DNA of 64,000 bases from Octopus vulgaris (lineage: Eukaryota): contig OX597816.1 in the NCBI GenBank assembly GCA_951406725.2, positions 142,538,001 to 142,602,000 of the forward strand, read 5' to 3'. A program made the translations under genes and the position numbers. Shown one piece after another: positions 11,845 through 23,870 of this stretch (positions are counted from its first letter, which is position 1; each line of letters starts with the position of its first letter). The notes beneath the pieces were generated by a model. That model was not told the origin of the DNA, searched no databases, and saw only the letters and a program-made list of their open reading frames with translations.

Positions 11845-14400
11845 AGTTAGTTAATTTTTTTGGCTCAAAAAGCAAGGCCATGTAGGGGGACATGGAGTTA
11901 TGTACAGGGTGGTGTTCATGTAAAGAGTTCAGGCCACTTGAGGTCAAGGGAGACTTTGAACCGAGCGGTCATCGGCATCTTCACCATCTCGTCTGGCAGC
12001 TTATTCCACGGATCCGCAACCCGGACGGAGAAAGCCCCTCTCCTTCGATTGAGATGAAATCGTCGCAGATAGAGCTTTTCGGAATGACCCCGCAGCAGAC
12101 GCTCTGGAGCAGGAGTGAAGAACAGCTCTTTCGAGAGGTTACATTTTCCGCTTATGATGTTGTGAGCAAGAATGAGATCTTCACGGCGTCGTCGTTTTTC
12201 TAGAGAATAAAGGTCGAGCGTCTTCAGCCTTTCTTCATAAGACAAATTATTGAGACCAAGAACCATGCGGGTAGCCAGCTTCTGGACTCTTTCGAGATGC
12301 TGTATGTCTTTGAGGAGATAAGGAGAAGAGGCTTGAATCCCGTACTCCAATATGGGTCTCACCAGCGTGACATAGAGTGGTAGGAATATGGCTGCTGTGA
12401 GCATTCCGAATTACCGTCGAATCAAGAACAGAATTCCGCGTGCTTTGTTGGCAGCATGGACGCACTGGGCCGAAGGCGAAAAGGAGGAATCCATCAAGAT
12501 ACCCAGGTCCTTTACCTGATCGGTCCTCTCCAGCAGCAGACGATCCGGCTCGAAATCAAGTTGAGTTGCAGGAGGAGATCCAACAGGCAGATGACAGCAC
12601 TTTGACACGTTCAGACACAGGTCCCATTCGTTAGACCATCTCCAAATTTGGTGGAGGCATCGACGAAGATCCTCTATATCACCGCGAGGAGCGACCAGTT
12701 TGACATCGTCGGCAAATAGAAAGGTGTGTTGTGTGAGGTCGTCTAGCAAGTCATTTATGAAGACTATGAACAACAAGGGCCCAAGCACTGAACCTTGAGG
12801 CACGCCACTACTCGCACTGGAGACGTCGGACCGTGAACCATTAACTTGGACTTGGAAGGAGCGATCTGAGAGGAATGCACCAACCCATCGTACAATATCC
12901 GGATGGAAACTATATGCTTGAAGCTTGACAAGTAATAGGTGGTGGTTTACCGAGTCAAAAGCTTTGGCAAAGTCCAATAAAATGATGTCAACAGCATCAC
13001 TATCATCGAGGATGCGCGTCACCAATTCTTCCATTACCAGTAAGTTGGTCAAGCATGATCTCTTCGGCACGAAGCCGTGTTGAGAATTAGAGATAGAGGC
13101 TGTGTTTTGGAGCTGGAGCATCATACTTTTCTTAAGGATGGTTTCGAACATCTTTCTTATTATTGATGTAAGGAAACCGGTCGGTAGTTAAGCGGGTCTT
13201 CGCGGCTCCCTTTCTTGAAAATTCGGCAGATTATCGCTGTTCTCCAGTCCGCAGGTATAACACCCGTCGCCAATGACATATTGAATAGACGTGTTAAGGG
13301 CTTGCAGATGACCGGAGCCAACGCTTTGATAACCCGTGGGTGTATGCCGTCAGGGCCGTGACCCTTGTTGACATCGAGGCCTTGAATAACGCGTTCGACT
13401 TCGTCCCGCGTGATGACCAATCGAAGCATTGGAGGTACCAAGATCGTTCAGAATTGTTTGAGCAATGGCATTAATGGGAAGGACAAGTGAGGGAGAATCC
13501 AAACAGATTTTATCGTGAGCAGGTTTCGTAGCTAAATCTGCCCCACTGGAGTTTTGACTACGTTTCTTCTTTTTGGGAGAACAATGGTCTTCAGGTGGGT
13601 TTGAATCTATGCTCCTCAAATTAGGTTGGGGAACCTCCGGGACCGAAAAGGCAGATGAGGAAGAATCCGCACAGGAACGATCATGTGCGGAAACGACCGC
13701 CGGTTCCTTCGCCTTCTTTGGTCGCTTCGATTTTGTTCCCTTCGGTTTGGACGTCTCCAGGGAAGAAATCAAGGGTGGCTCTGCGTCAATAGTAGACTGT
13801 TTATTCAGTAAATGAGCAACAACAGACTTTAGGTGCTCGACCTCTTGTTTGAGCAACAGCAACTGCTCGTTGAGATGACCGTTGGTAGGACCATCATCCT
13901 GATGAGTAACTGACATGATAGATGGTTGACCAAAAACAATCTTCTATGGGCTCTAGGACAAATCTGGGTTAAAGCAGGAACAAAAACAGTTGCAATCCTT
14001 GTAGGAGTAGGCAACAGCAGACAAAATCTGAGAGAGTTTGGGCTGAACCGAATCACAATCCAAGATTGAAAGCAGACGGTGAAACGAGTCAGGAACCCTT
14101 CCTAGTTGTCTGAAGCAGCTTTAGGATAAGGAATAGTAGGTCCAACTTTAGAATGTTGATATGCATGAAAAATGTTTCACACGGTTAAATATCATTTGAC
14201 GTGCCACTTAGTACTTCAATATTTGCGTCTGCGTATGTGTGAATAATGTGTTTATGTGCGAGAAGGCACATGTTTTTGTCTATCGTTAATTTAATTTTTT
14301 TTTTCTCACGTTTTTCCCTTTTAAAATATTTCTTTTTAAAGTAATTTATACGCTGGAGGGAGGGCTGAGTGATTGTTTTTACTGTAAATTCTCTTTTCTC
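11845..14400 (-). mobile_element. CR1-group non-LTR retrotransposon, internally deleted and inactivated (5' boundary uncertain)
   Basis: RT motifs GPDGI, NYRPVSL, LDFAKAFDSV, GVPQGSVLGPLLF, FADD, YEERLK..L..LE.RR; frameshift ~13170; in-frame TAA at 12411-12413; coiled-coil ORF1-like ORF 13916-13440; (TAAC)n 3' tail at 11845-11853; absent from right arm. Confidence 0.9.
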
Positions 14401-14540
14401 TGTTGTGGAAGTTTTAGTAGCTCGAGTAACCGGCTTGTAATCAAACTATGATTCCCCACTTTTTATCCTGTATGTCTGAGATTTCACTAGCCAATGATTC
14501 TTTCGTTTCTTTGATATGATAACGGCATGATTAGATGAAA

Positions 14541-14730
14541 AGGATCTTTTCCTTTTGATGGACGGAATTTTCTAGTTAACTAAACAATTTGAAACTTCGT
14601 ATACTGTTAGAATGTGTCAAAAGAAAACAATATTGTAAACAAAATTGTAATTTGTAAGTTTAACGTAGTTTAATTCTTTCAAATTGTTTAGTTAACTAGA
14701 AAATTCCGTCCATCAAAAGGAAAAGATCCT
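14541..14730. mobile_element. MITE-like fold-back: perfect 54-bp inverted repeat with 82-bp loop, at the palindrome apex
   Basis: 14541-14594 AGGATCTTTTCCTTTTGATGG...TTTGAAA is the exact reverse complement of 14677-14730; terminal GGATCTTTTCCTTTTGAT recurs at ~16243 and ~10664. Confidence 0.7.
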
Positions 14731-15372
14731 AATAGTTTGATCACAAGCCGGTCTGATCAGTGTGGTTACTCGAGCTGCTAAAACTAACAGCTAAATCTTC
14801 CACAACATTAAATACGTACATGTTCTATTCCAATAAATATACTTCAATGAACATGATAATCATATTATACCCATCTCACCCTTAATTTTTTGTACCATGT
14901 ATAAGAAAGATGGAGACAAGTAAATTAAGTAAGTATGACCAATAAATAGAGTAGTGAAATAATTTTAATGGATCTTCGGCGAAGGTAAAGAATACGCACA
15001 CCACCCGTTTTCGGCCTAAAGCTAACATTAAACACCGGGTATGCGTATTCTTTACCTTCGTTCTTTTGATCAAGGTATTAACTTTAAAGGGAAAAATACG
15101 AAAGCTGAAGGTCCTTCTTAATAAACTGTAATCCATGTGGTTGCGAGAAAAAAAAAATTTGAACAAGCAGTTATTTTATTGAATAATAATTAAGCAGTGA
15201 ATTGACTGTAGGACAGAATGCTTTGCTCTCTCTCGCTGAGGTAAAGGTCGACAAAGTACTATGAATACATCTGAATTGTTTTCTCTCTCTCGGTCTGAAT
15301 CAGCTACATGTAGCGGCCAACGTTTTCAACGTAGCCCCTGCCCCCATCTATCTTTTTAGTATCAGCCATCAG

Positions 15373-15380
15373 TGACGTGG
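15373..15380 (+). promoter_or_regulatory. UPRE-like motif TGACGTGG upstream of PPIB copy R (mirror CCACGTCA 11245-11252)
   Basis: Exact match to the XBP1/ATF6 UPRE consensus TGACGTGG/A upstream of an ER foldase; 8-mer only. Confidence 0.35.
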
Positions 15381-16432
15381 TAAGGATTTTCAGATCTTGC
15401 TGGGTAGAAGCACATTTAATGCCTCAACCACTCCCTTATTAACTGTCATAAAAGGGCTGGAGAAATTTTACACACAAAAACGATTGCCCTACTTCACCTC
15501 CCTATACTCCTATTTACTCTGTGGACCAAAGAAATAAATAATTGACAAATCAGGTTCAGTGAACTATCCTGTGGAAGAAGATTCGGCGAAGGTAAAGAAT
15601 ACGCACACCTGGTGTTTAGTGTTAGCGTTAGGCCGAAAACGGGTGGTGTGCGTATTCTTTACTTCCGCCATCAAAAATATGACCAACTAGTCTTATTTTC
15701 AGGTATGGTGCATCTAGAAATGTCTTAAGCAACGTAAGAGAGATATAGCTGCTATTTCGAATGACCACCCAGAAGCTTTCTTGTTTCCATCAACGTTGCT
15801 ATTGATAGACCGGTGTAACGTCAGAAGTAAAAGTGACGTGTCGTTTCTTGACCGGTGTAACGTCAGAAGTAAAAGTGATGTGTCGTTTCTTGAATGAAGT
15901 GTTTAGCTGGCGCGTGTATTTGAAATTGTTTCGGTAAAAAGCGAAATTTTACCGGGCTTTTATTTCATAATGATGTTTCATAATTAAATTTTAATATCTA
16001 AATGCTGCTATTTATAGCAGATATTGACATCGGTGATTATTTGTTAGAGAAATTAAACTTTGAAAAGTGTTGTATAGTAATAAAAGAATTGCGACAATAG
16101 GCGCAAGCGTGGCTGTCTAACAAGAAGCTTGCGTCCCTACCAGATGACTTCGAGTTCGGTCCCAATGCGTGAAACCTTGGGCTGGTATTTTCTACAATAG
16201 ATTCGGGTCGACCAAAGCCTTGTGAGTTGATTTGGGAAAGACGGATCTTTTCCTTTTGATCCGTTTTCTCTAATCGTTCTAAGGGAGATAAAATGTAATA
16301 ACAGCTAATTCAGTATTTAGATTATTTGATCCGACTACCGCGCTATTCATACAGCACCGGTGCTACTTATTTATGGAACGAGTGCTTGACTATTGTAACA
16401 TTTCACACCGGCGTCGGCGATATTTCTACATC

Positions 16433-16528
16433 ATGATGAAGTTGTTGTCGTTTGTGTTGTTTCTCTCTCTAATTCCGGCTTTCTTGTCTACTACAGCCAA
16501 ACCTAAAGGACCTAAAGTCACTGATAAA
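16433..16528 (+). CDS. PPIB: Cyclophilin B copy R, exon 1 (signal peptide + KPKGPKVTDK)
   Basis: ATG ATG at 16433; MMKLLSFVLFLSLIPAFLSTTAKPKGPKVTDK = hydrophobic signal peptide + CypB N-terminal GPKVT.K motif; followed by donor GTAAGT at 16529. Confidence 0.93.
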
Positions 16529-19500
16529 GTAAGTAGACTTTTTCTGCAACTGCTATTACATATACAATAAATAATTGATTTTTTTTTTAGCATAAGCACA
16601 CTAGCTGTTTGTGGGGGAGGGAACAGTTGATTCTAACTCAGTATTTGGCGAAAGAAAAAAATACGCACACCCGGTGTTTAGGGCTAAGTTGGATTTGAAC
16701 TGGAAATATAAAAAGATATAACTACATACTGTAAAATATTTGATTCGATGCTCTACCGATTCTCATATTCCTTTGCTGTGAAACACTGTTTTATATGAAC
16801 AAGTCTACTGGGATGAACGCTCTGTAACTTCGTTTTAGACAAAGCAAGACAAACGCAATCACTTTATTTAATATTTTTCATATTAATCATTAACGACCAC
16901 AATAATTGATAGAAAAAAAATCTTAACCACATTACTTCTACTGGTAAAAGTTAGATTCGTGTGCAAGCACTTCATTTATAAGCAACAAAATTTGTTTTAA
17001 CAGATGTGCATGAAAAGAGATATTCGCTTAATTATTTTCATTGAATTCGTATGAATTTCATTTGTCTGACGACAGCTATACCATATATCTATACTGTAAT
17101 GTATATATAGTGTATGTGTATAAATGCACACACTCGTTCAATACTTCTGATACAGTCTACTACAACATTTTCTTGCTACGTGCTATCTGCAGATAGTTCG
17201 CACTTAATGAGGAACTCCAGTATCGACAGAGTGAATTCTCAGCTTCAAATTCTATTAAATAATCTGTATGCAAAGGGTTATTTTTCTCCTATTTCTATAT
17301 CAAGAATAGTGTATCGGAGGGAATTCGGCTGCTATTTCGGGCAGTTTGAGCAATGGTTGTAACTATTTTACGGTTAGTTTACCTGAAATTTACGCTAAGG
17401 GTATAAAGACCCAATTATTTGCACACAATTCAGAGACTTTCGTTGGACCGACTAAAGGCGTACGTTGAAACTGACAAAAGTCTAAATGTAGACTTGACCG
17501 ACGTGTCCTAGTCACTCCACGTTTCCTGTATATTATGAGATAGCTTTGGTTTATTTGAGATACCCAGTATTTTCTCTAGAAAATACGTATACTTCCCACC
17601 TTTTTGAGATGGTGCATTTTTACTTTCTGAAACTGTCACTTTTCTTACACACGTACACACATTTCATTCTTCAGTAGTTGACTTGGCCAAACTGGGGCAT
17701 TGCCGTAAAGGGTTTAGTCAATCAAATCGACCCCACTACTTATTTTTAAAGTGACGGGTGTAACGGTAAAACTTATCTTAAAAGTACACGAAATTATGAT
17801 ATGGGTAAAAATTAAAATATTTTGAACAAAAAAAAATTTCACAGAAGGAAACCACCACCCTTGCTATTTTCCTTCTCCATGAGGTCACAATAACTATTCC
17901 GAAAGCCCGCTGAACACTGGCGGTGTAATAATAAAAAGTAGGCGAAAAACTTACCCTTACTTTGGTTATTTTAGTCGATTTGATCAAATAAACCTTTTAC
18001 GACGATAAAATCCCAGCGTGGTCGCATTCATTTACCAGAACAAAAGAATTAAAATCGTGCGTCTATGAGTAGTGATACTTTTAATTTCAGAAACAGTACG
18101 GAATTGTACCAACTTAAAACGGGAAGTGAATAATTATATATAATCTGATACCCTCATTCTTCATCCACCTGCAACAATTTCACCTCTCCATATAGTCTCA
18201 TTACCGTGTCTTCTTGCCCGATCTGATTCTTACTGCTATAGTGTGTTAAGGCTAAATTTAACAGTTTGGATAAAAAGAACAGAAAACATAATATCCCATT
18301 CAAAAATAAAAGTATTAAAAAAAATATTCTTAAAATAATGACTAGATTATTGCTGGGAGATAATTTACTCAAAGTAGCTGGCCTCAAGACAGCTCTGGAA
18401 TCTAGCACATGCCTATCTCTCTGTATCTCTGGGAAGATCTTCGAACCTCTTGATCTTGGCCACCAGCTTGTTCTTGGTGTTTCGGGCAGAACAGTTGTTG
18501 CCTTTCTCAACTACGCCCCTCACAGGTAATCCCATAGTATGGGATTACAATTGGTAGAATTAAGAGACCAAAAATTGGGGTTGGTAAAGTCGTAGAAATT
18601 CTCTGACTACCACTTCTGACACTTTCTGGAGGCATGGCAAGGAACTGAATCCTGCTGCCACACATTTGGCCTTCCTGCAGCAATCCTTTCGAGTCAGGGA
18701 TTGACTATAGGCTCCAGCAGCTTCACATAGCCAACTAAATTGAGTTTAAGACCCTGTTCAAAGATGTGGAGATGAATTCTGGTGTACAGACACAGAACAC
18801 TTGCTGTGTCCCTTCATGCTGGCTACAGCTTCACAGTCTCGGTTGCAGCTATCCACGTCACATTTTACAGCCTTTACAAAGTTCATAGAGAATTGAGCAG
18901 CAATCATGATGTCAGCATTTGGATACCTGGTGCATATCATAACACAGTAATTGACTCAGATGGTTTTCAATCTTCCAGGTCAGCTAACTTTTTCTCAACC
19001 TCAACATTTATCTTTATACTTTCTAATGCCATTGACTCTTTCAATACATCAAACTATTTCTGTAAAAAGGAGACATAAAATAATTGTAAGATTTATCCTA
19101 AACACCCTGTATATCTGTCAGTCTTTCTTGCGCAGTACTGTTAAAAATCTACTTTTCTCATTTTCCTCTAAAGAAACCAAGTGTGATGTAAGGTACACTG
19201 ATTTAATACATCTATTTTTTTCTTTGTATTTTCATTTTTCCAAAAGATTATAACAATTGTTTTAACTGTGCTGTTGTTTTTTTATTTAATAAGACCAGAA
19301 ACAAAGGTAGTAAAAAAACATTAAGAAAAAATGGTAATAGACAGCTAGTGGTCAGCATCACAAGAAGAAAGGAAAGAAGAAACTGAAGGACATGGGTCCT
19401 TTTTATTTTATGTTGTATATTATTGATATTAAGGTGGCAAATGGCAGAAAAAGGGCTGAGCGACATTTTTTTCTGGCTCTTTGCATTATGAGTTTCAATA

Positions 19501-20029
19501 CTATGGAGATCAAATATACCTTCATTCTTTCAAGGTTAATGGAATGAGTATCAGTCAATCACTGGGATTGAAGTATTGAACTGATCCCCCCCACCCCGCA
19601 AAAAAAAACACCATGTGCCATAGTTTGCAGCTTTTATTGTTGCAATATTCAAAGCTATTATAATTACTATGGTTATAATTATTACTATTTTAGAAATACT
19701 GTGTACCTTTGACTGTATCTCCATGGCCTGCTTCAGGAATTGTCTATGTGTGTTTACAGTATCAGAAGGCTGTTGTGTATGTGTGGAGACTTCTAGCACC
19801 AAATCATATATTCGCTATCAACCAAGTTTCACAATCTCCTACACATGATGATCAGCTGTCTACTAGCCATTACTTTGTTTTAATTCCATAAATTCTATCA
19901 TCACAATTCTTCAGTTTCTTTTTTTTTCTGTGATGTTAGCCACCAACCATCTATTATTATTGTTTTCAGCATTTCTTCTCTCTTTACATTCTGAGTTCAA
20001 ATTCCATCAAGGTAGACATTGTCTTTCAT

Positions 20030-20380
20030 AAAACAAGTAGGAAATCATTTGCCTCAATCTTTTAACAAAATATAATGCACACCAGAGAAAAGTTGTTTAA
20101 CTATGAAGTATGTGGGAAAACTTTCATTTCATTCAGAATTTTAGCTTTATCATCAACAAATGAATAGACTTTGAAGAACAACTTCATTGTGTGACACATG
20201 GGAACTAGTTGCTCAGCAACAGTGTCTTAACGCACAACTACACATGGGGAGCCTTTCAAATATAAAAATTGAAAAATCACTTTCTTGTAAATCTAAACTT
20301 ATATTTTACCAACAGGTACACAATGGAGAACATTTATTAAGGTGAAGTATGTAGGAAATTACTCTTTTTCAATTCCCAAT
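20030..20380 (+). pseudogene. Decayed C2H2 zinc-finger array in PPIB intron 1 (mirror ~6680-7025, minus)
   Basis: MHTREKLFNYEVCGKTFIS from 20075; LIFYQQVHNGEH..EVCRK near 20300-20360; broken by stops/frameshifts. Confidence 0.55.
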
Positions 20381-21459
20381 TATATATGCATATATATAAT
20401 ATATAAGCAAATAATAGCAAACGATGGACAAATGTCAGCTCATTACAACTGTTTCTTACACATTTTTAATAGAAAAATGAGTACATTACATCACTTGAAA
20501 AGACCATTATCATCAGATAAAACATAATTTCAAAACAATAGAATATCCAGGATACGCTATAGCTTTGAAATTGTTTCATCTGATGGTTATGGTTTTTTTT
20601 TTAAAGTGATGTAATTTACTCATTTCTTCCATAAAAAATGTATAAGAAATGGCTGTAATGAACTGACATTTATTCATCATCTGTTATTATTCATTTGTTT
20701 ATAATACACCATAGGGATTCATGATAAGTTGGACACCATGGAGTATACTAAACAATGTATGATCAATACACCGTGTACTTTGGACCAGCCCCTTGACGCT
20801 TAATACTCATAGAAGTGGTTTTCTCTGTATGCACAACCTGAATATCGTTCTGGATATTTAATTGACCAAAGGTGGTGATCACAGGTTTATCCAACACGAC
20901 CAAGTGCATATTCTTAAGTACCTGATTCTATCAAGAATCATTATATATATATACATGTGTATGTATACCCATTCCATCCATATTCCACTCCCACATACCC
21001 CACTCCCACACATTCCATGCTCACATACCCCCAACCCATCCTCACCCCAAACCCACATGCCATCCTCACAATCCCCCACCACATCACATCACTCCACATG
21101 CACATAATTACACTCTCACATACAGGCATGCACACCTTCGTTTTGGGATCACCAGTACTTTATTATTTCCCCTTCTTCCAAACAGTTTGTATGATTTTTT
21201 AATTCTCTCTGTTTATTTCCCTGTGTCCCTTTCTATTGAAGAGCATAGGCTTGAAACATAAAATACTTACTCAGCTTCCCAAGTATCAAACTAGTACACC
21301 TATCTTCATCTTTTGTTTTTTTGTAAAAATGACTGGGTAACCAGGTTACTGGCATCGGCCACAAGTGCAGTTTTCATTGGATTTAATTTTGATGTTACTA
21401 GATTAAATAGGTTTCCTCAAGAACAGCGTGTCAATAGATCTTCTCAATTACAGCATATA

Positions 21460-21767
21460 TCTCTCTCTATATAAACGGCAGTTTGTCTGTGCGTGTTTCT
21501 GTGTGTCTGTTTTCTCGTACCCTCACCCTGACCACGGCTTTCAACCGATTCTGATGAAACTTGACACACACATAGCCCAATGTCATAATTCAAAACTAAC
21601 GCAGCGAAAATTTTGAAAAGTTCCCCCAGTTCTGAAAAAAATCGATAAATTCGACATGGGGTCCAGAATCAAAAGAAACAAACCACAGACTGTCTAGGGG
21701 ACGCAACTCAACCTTTTTTTACTCTCAAAAAAAATTTACCATCATTTTTTTCCATTTTTTTGCTTTT
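21460..21767 (+). mobile_element. 3'-truncated Helitron-like element (right arm only)
   Basis: 5' TCTCTCTCTATATAAA + GTCT/GT-rich tract; shares AAAATTTACCAT..TTTTTCCATTTTTTTGCT with the 6299-6668 element; flanked by a 58-bp direct repeat. Confidence 0.65.
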
Positions 21768-21995
21768 TTAAATAGGTTTCCTCAAGAACAGCGTGTCAAT
21801 AGATCTTCTCAATTACAGCATATATGTATAAATATATGTGTGTATGTATATATGTAAGTGTATATTTGCATGTGTATATATCCTTGTTTGTGTGTATATA
21901 TGCCTGTTTGTGTATATGTATGCCTGTTTGCATGTATGTATGTATGTGTGTATGTATATATGCATTATATATATGTGTGTGTGTACTTGTGTATA

Positions 21996-22218
21996 CTCTC
22001 TTACTCTTTATTCTCTTACTTGTTTCAGTCATTTGACTGTGGCCATGCTGGAGCATCGCTTTTAATCGAACAGCTTGACCCCAGGACTTATTCTTTTGTA
22101 AGCCCAGTACTTATTCTATCGGTCTCTTTTGCCGAACCGCTAAGTAAAGGGGACACAAACACACCAGCATCGGTTGTCAATCAATGCTAGGGGAACAGAC
22201 ACACAAACACACACACGC

Positions 22219-22249
<31 letters not shown>

Positions 22250-22418
22250 TACGCCGGGCTTCTTTCAGTTTCTGTCTACCAAATCCACTCACAAGGCTTT
22301 GGTCGGCCCAAGGCTATAGTAGAAGACACTTGCCCAAGGTGCCACGCAGTGGGACTGAACCCGGAACCATGTGGTTGGTAAACAAGTTACTTACCACACA
22401 GCCAATCCTGCGCCTATG
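21996..22418 (-). mobile_element. Full-length tRNA-derived SINE (right arm only)
   Basis: Head GGCGCAGGATTGGCTGTGTGG (A box) ..GGTTCAGTCCC (B box); 3' GCATGGCCACAGTCAAATGACTGAAACAAG(TAAGAG)n; absent at ~4035. Confidence 0.85.
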
Positions 22419-22754
22419 TATGTATATATTCTTCATATATTTTGTGTGTATATATCCATATATATTGTGTATATATATATCCATATATATATTGTGTATA
22501 TATATGTATGTATATGTATATACAACATTTAGCTGAATCAGAGTTAAAATAAGTCTGTGAAGGATAAGAGTATCCATATTATACTACAGGTATATTACCA
22601 ATGTTAAAACATGGGTATACATATGCAGGCATATTCCACTGAATATACAATATCAAGTTCTTTCCTACATATCAAGCTAGCCACTTTTGAGATTACATGT
22701 ACTTTCTATGTGTATAAGTTTATACACACATTTTTTGTTTCTTATTTTTACCAG

Positions 22755-22871
22755 GTCTTTTTTGACATAAAGATTGGTGATAAGCCTGCTGGTCGAATTG
22801 TGATTGGACTGTTTGGCAAGACTGTTCCTAAAACCGTCAAAAATTTCAAAACTTTAGCTGAAGGAACTATG
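22755..22871 (+). CDS. PPIB: Cyclophilin B copy R, exon 2
   Basis: ccag|GTC...ATG|gtaat; [39 protein letters not shown]; phase 0/0. Confidence 0.96.
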
Positions 22872-23870
22872 GTAATCTTATATTTCTGAATTTTAATCAT
22901 TAAAAATTTAAAAATTTGAATGCTGAAGACCACACATACACACATGATCCACATTGCTATTTAGTAAATATTTTGATCTTGCCAACCCAAGAGAATAGTC
23001 AGTTAGTAATGATGGACAGGTGATTTAGCCAGAAGATTGGTGTATTGTATGCAAAATACCATTTTTTATACCACATTTCTGAAAGTGGAGGACTTAGGAA
23101 AGTAGGTCACAGTAGATCTGGCTATGCAGAAAATATAGTGGTGATTGCAGAAGGAGACTCATGGTGTTAGAGAAGGTGACTCGTAACTGCTTCAGTCACT
23201 TTTGAAGTGTTGGAAATAGAAATATTTTTTTTTTGTGTCAAAATATTTAAGAGCTGGCTGATGCCTTTATGTAACTTTTGTAATTGTATTTAAGAACAAC
23301 TTTATCTCTGTTCATTCAACTTTGATGTCCTGCTGAGAGAATGTCAACTGTTGTGGACAGTTGTACATCTAGAATATTAAATGAACTGGAAAGAAATTTG
23401 TCAGTGTAATACCTTAATTTGAATATTGTGCATTTGCTGCATTATATGAAATCATGAATAGAAACATTGTGGATCAACTCATTTGGAAATCTGAACGTGA
23501 TAAGTAAACACCAATTGAGATATAACTAGTGTTGATTCTTAGCTCACATAATGAAGCAGTAATATTGCTTGGTAAATCATTTTTCTCTTTGGTTCATTTG
23601 CTGAGAAATTTGTATAGCACTGTGAATAAGGAAGCGTCTAATTCTTCTATTTCATCTAGTCAGACTTAATGAAAGTATGTTTATATGCAAATGGAATGTC
23701 AACAGAATACTACTATATAGCATATTTTAGCTCTTTTACCAGGCAATCTTATAAATATGATACAATAAGTTTTTACTTAGCTGTAAAACAATTGATGTGA
23801 GTGATATTAACTTGGTTGTTATCTATCTTTTTGCAATATGTTAACTTGAATGCTTTTAATTTCTTTTCAG

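Larger units (their letters stand above)
1..14594 (-). repeat. Left arm of giant inverted duplication (interrupted by insertion 11845-14400; runs off the window edge)
   Basis: Base 1 onward is the reverse complement of 26563 backward; mirrored ORF pairs throughout (886/25375, 7165/19709, 10352/16373, 11459/14882). Confidence 0.95.

Noticed and set aside
12411-13151. RT as a retron, DGR or group II intron system, or bacterial contamination
   Set aside because: Motifs, C-terminal domain and simple-repeat tail are those of a CR1-group LINE embedded in host DNA
16529-16570. ORF continuation VSRLFLQLLLHIQ and the upstream part of ORF 22611
   Set aside because: Intronic read-through past canonical PPIB splice sites
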